In this document: piece after piece, positions 63,620 through 64,000 of the stretch
Layout of the letters: every line of letters begins with the position of its first letter
Position numbering within the stretch: the first letter of the stretch is position 1
DNA from: Antedon mediterranea
Taxonomy: Eukaryota > Animalia > Echinodermata
DNA length: 64,000 nt
NCBI RefSeq assembly: GCF_964355755.1
Contig: NC_092680.1
Coordinates: 16,501,045-16,565,044 of the forward strand
Reading direction: 5' to 3'
The notes under the pieces: generated by a model
Databases searched by the model: none
What the model was told of the DNA's origin: nothing
Seen by the model: the letters and a program-made list of their open reading frames with translations, nothing else
Made by a program: the position numbers and the translations under genes

Positions 63620-64000
63620 AATAATAATAAGTCACAAATATTCGATTTTGAAGATAAAATGGTACCCAGAAGTTCAAGCGTAATGCAAGCCAATGTTATG
63701 AATAATGGCTACAGTATATTTTTTCTTTAAAATACTAGATTCTCCTCTAAAATACTTGATTCTCCTGTTTGAATGAATAAATGCGCTGCATTTATTGTCA
63801 AATATATACACATATTTAAAACTTGTTGTTTGTACACAGACAAAGCTCTTATTATATATAAGATTAAGGAGTTGTGTGTTGTGCTATAATTTAATGTTCT
63901 CGTTTGGAGATCATTAGCTTTATGACAAGTGGAGAATCGGTATTATAATGTTATACAAAAAAAAAAGCCATTATGAGCTTTATACTATATAATTTCTTAA

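Overview
AT-rich, intron-dense eukaryotic (metazoan, probably invertebrate deuterostome/echinoderm-like; taxon is inference) genomic DNA. It contains: (1) the 3' ~3,600 codons of ADGRV1/VLGR1 on + (61 phase-consistent exons traced by hand, 1837-36274: Calx-beta repeats, EAR/EPTP repeats, GAIN/GPS, 7TM, C-terminal DTHL PDZ ligand); (2) a tandem pair of paralogous single-pass receptors on +, one kinase-less (39106-45177, ~320 aa, stop 8 residues after the TM) and one a complete receptor tyrosine kinase (51013-63619, ~1,080 aa) with an HGD (non-RD) catalytic loop and a ~430-aa acidic tail of repeated tyrosine motifs; (3) an orphan minus-strand signal-anchor gene with a 57-aa internal duplication lying between them; (4) many mobile elements: a 5'-truncated L1/Tx1-type LINE with an open ORF, L2-type tails, tRNA-derived SINEs, a 5S rRNA-derived SINE, several MITE families (one nested in itself exactly at a splice donor), a foldback element carrying a ~119-bp satellite, and a 20x58-bp minisatellite with higher-order structure. 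No prokaryotic features or CRISPR array. Exon boundaries are predicted from GT-AG and reading-frame continuity, not from transcripts.
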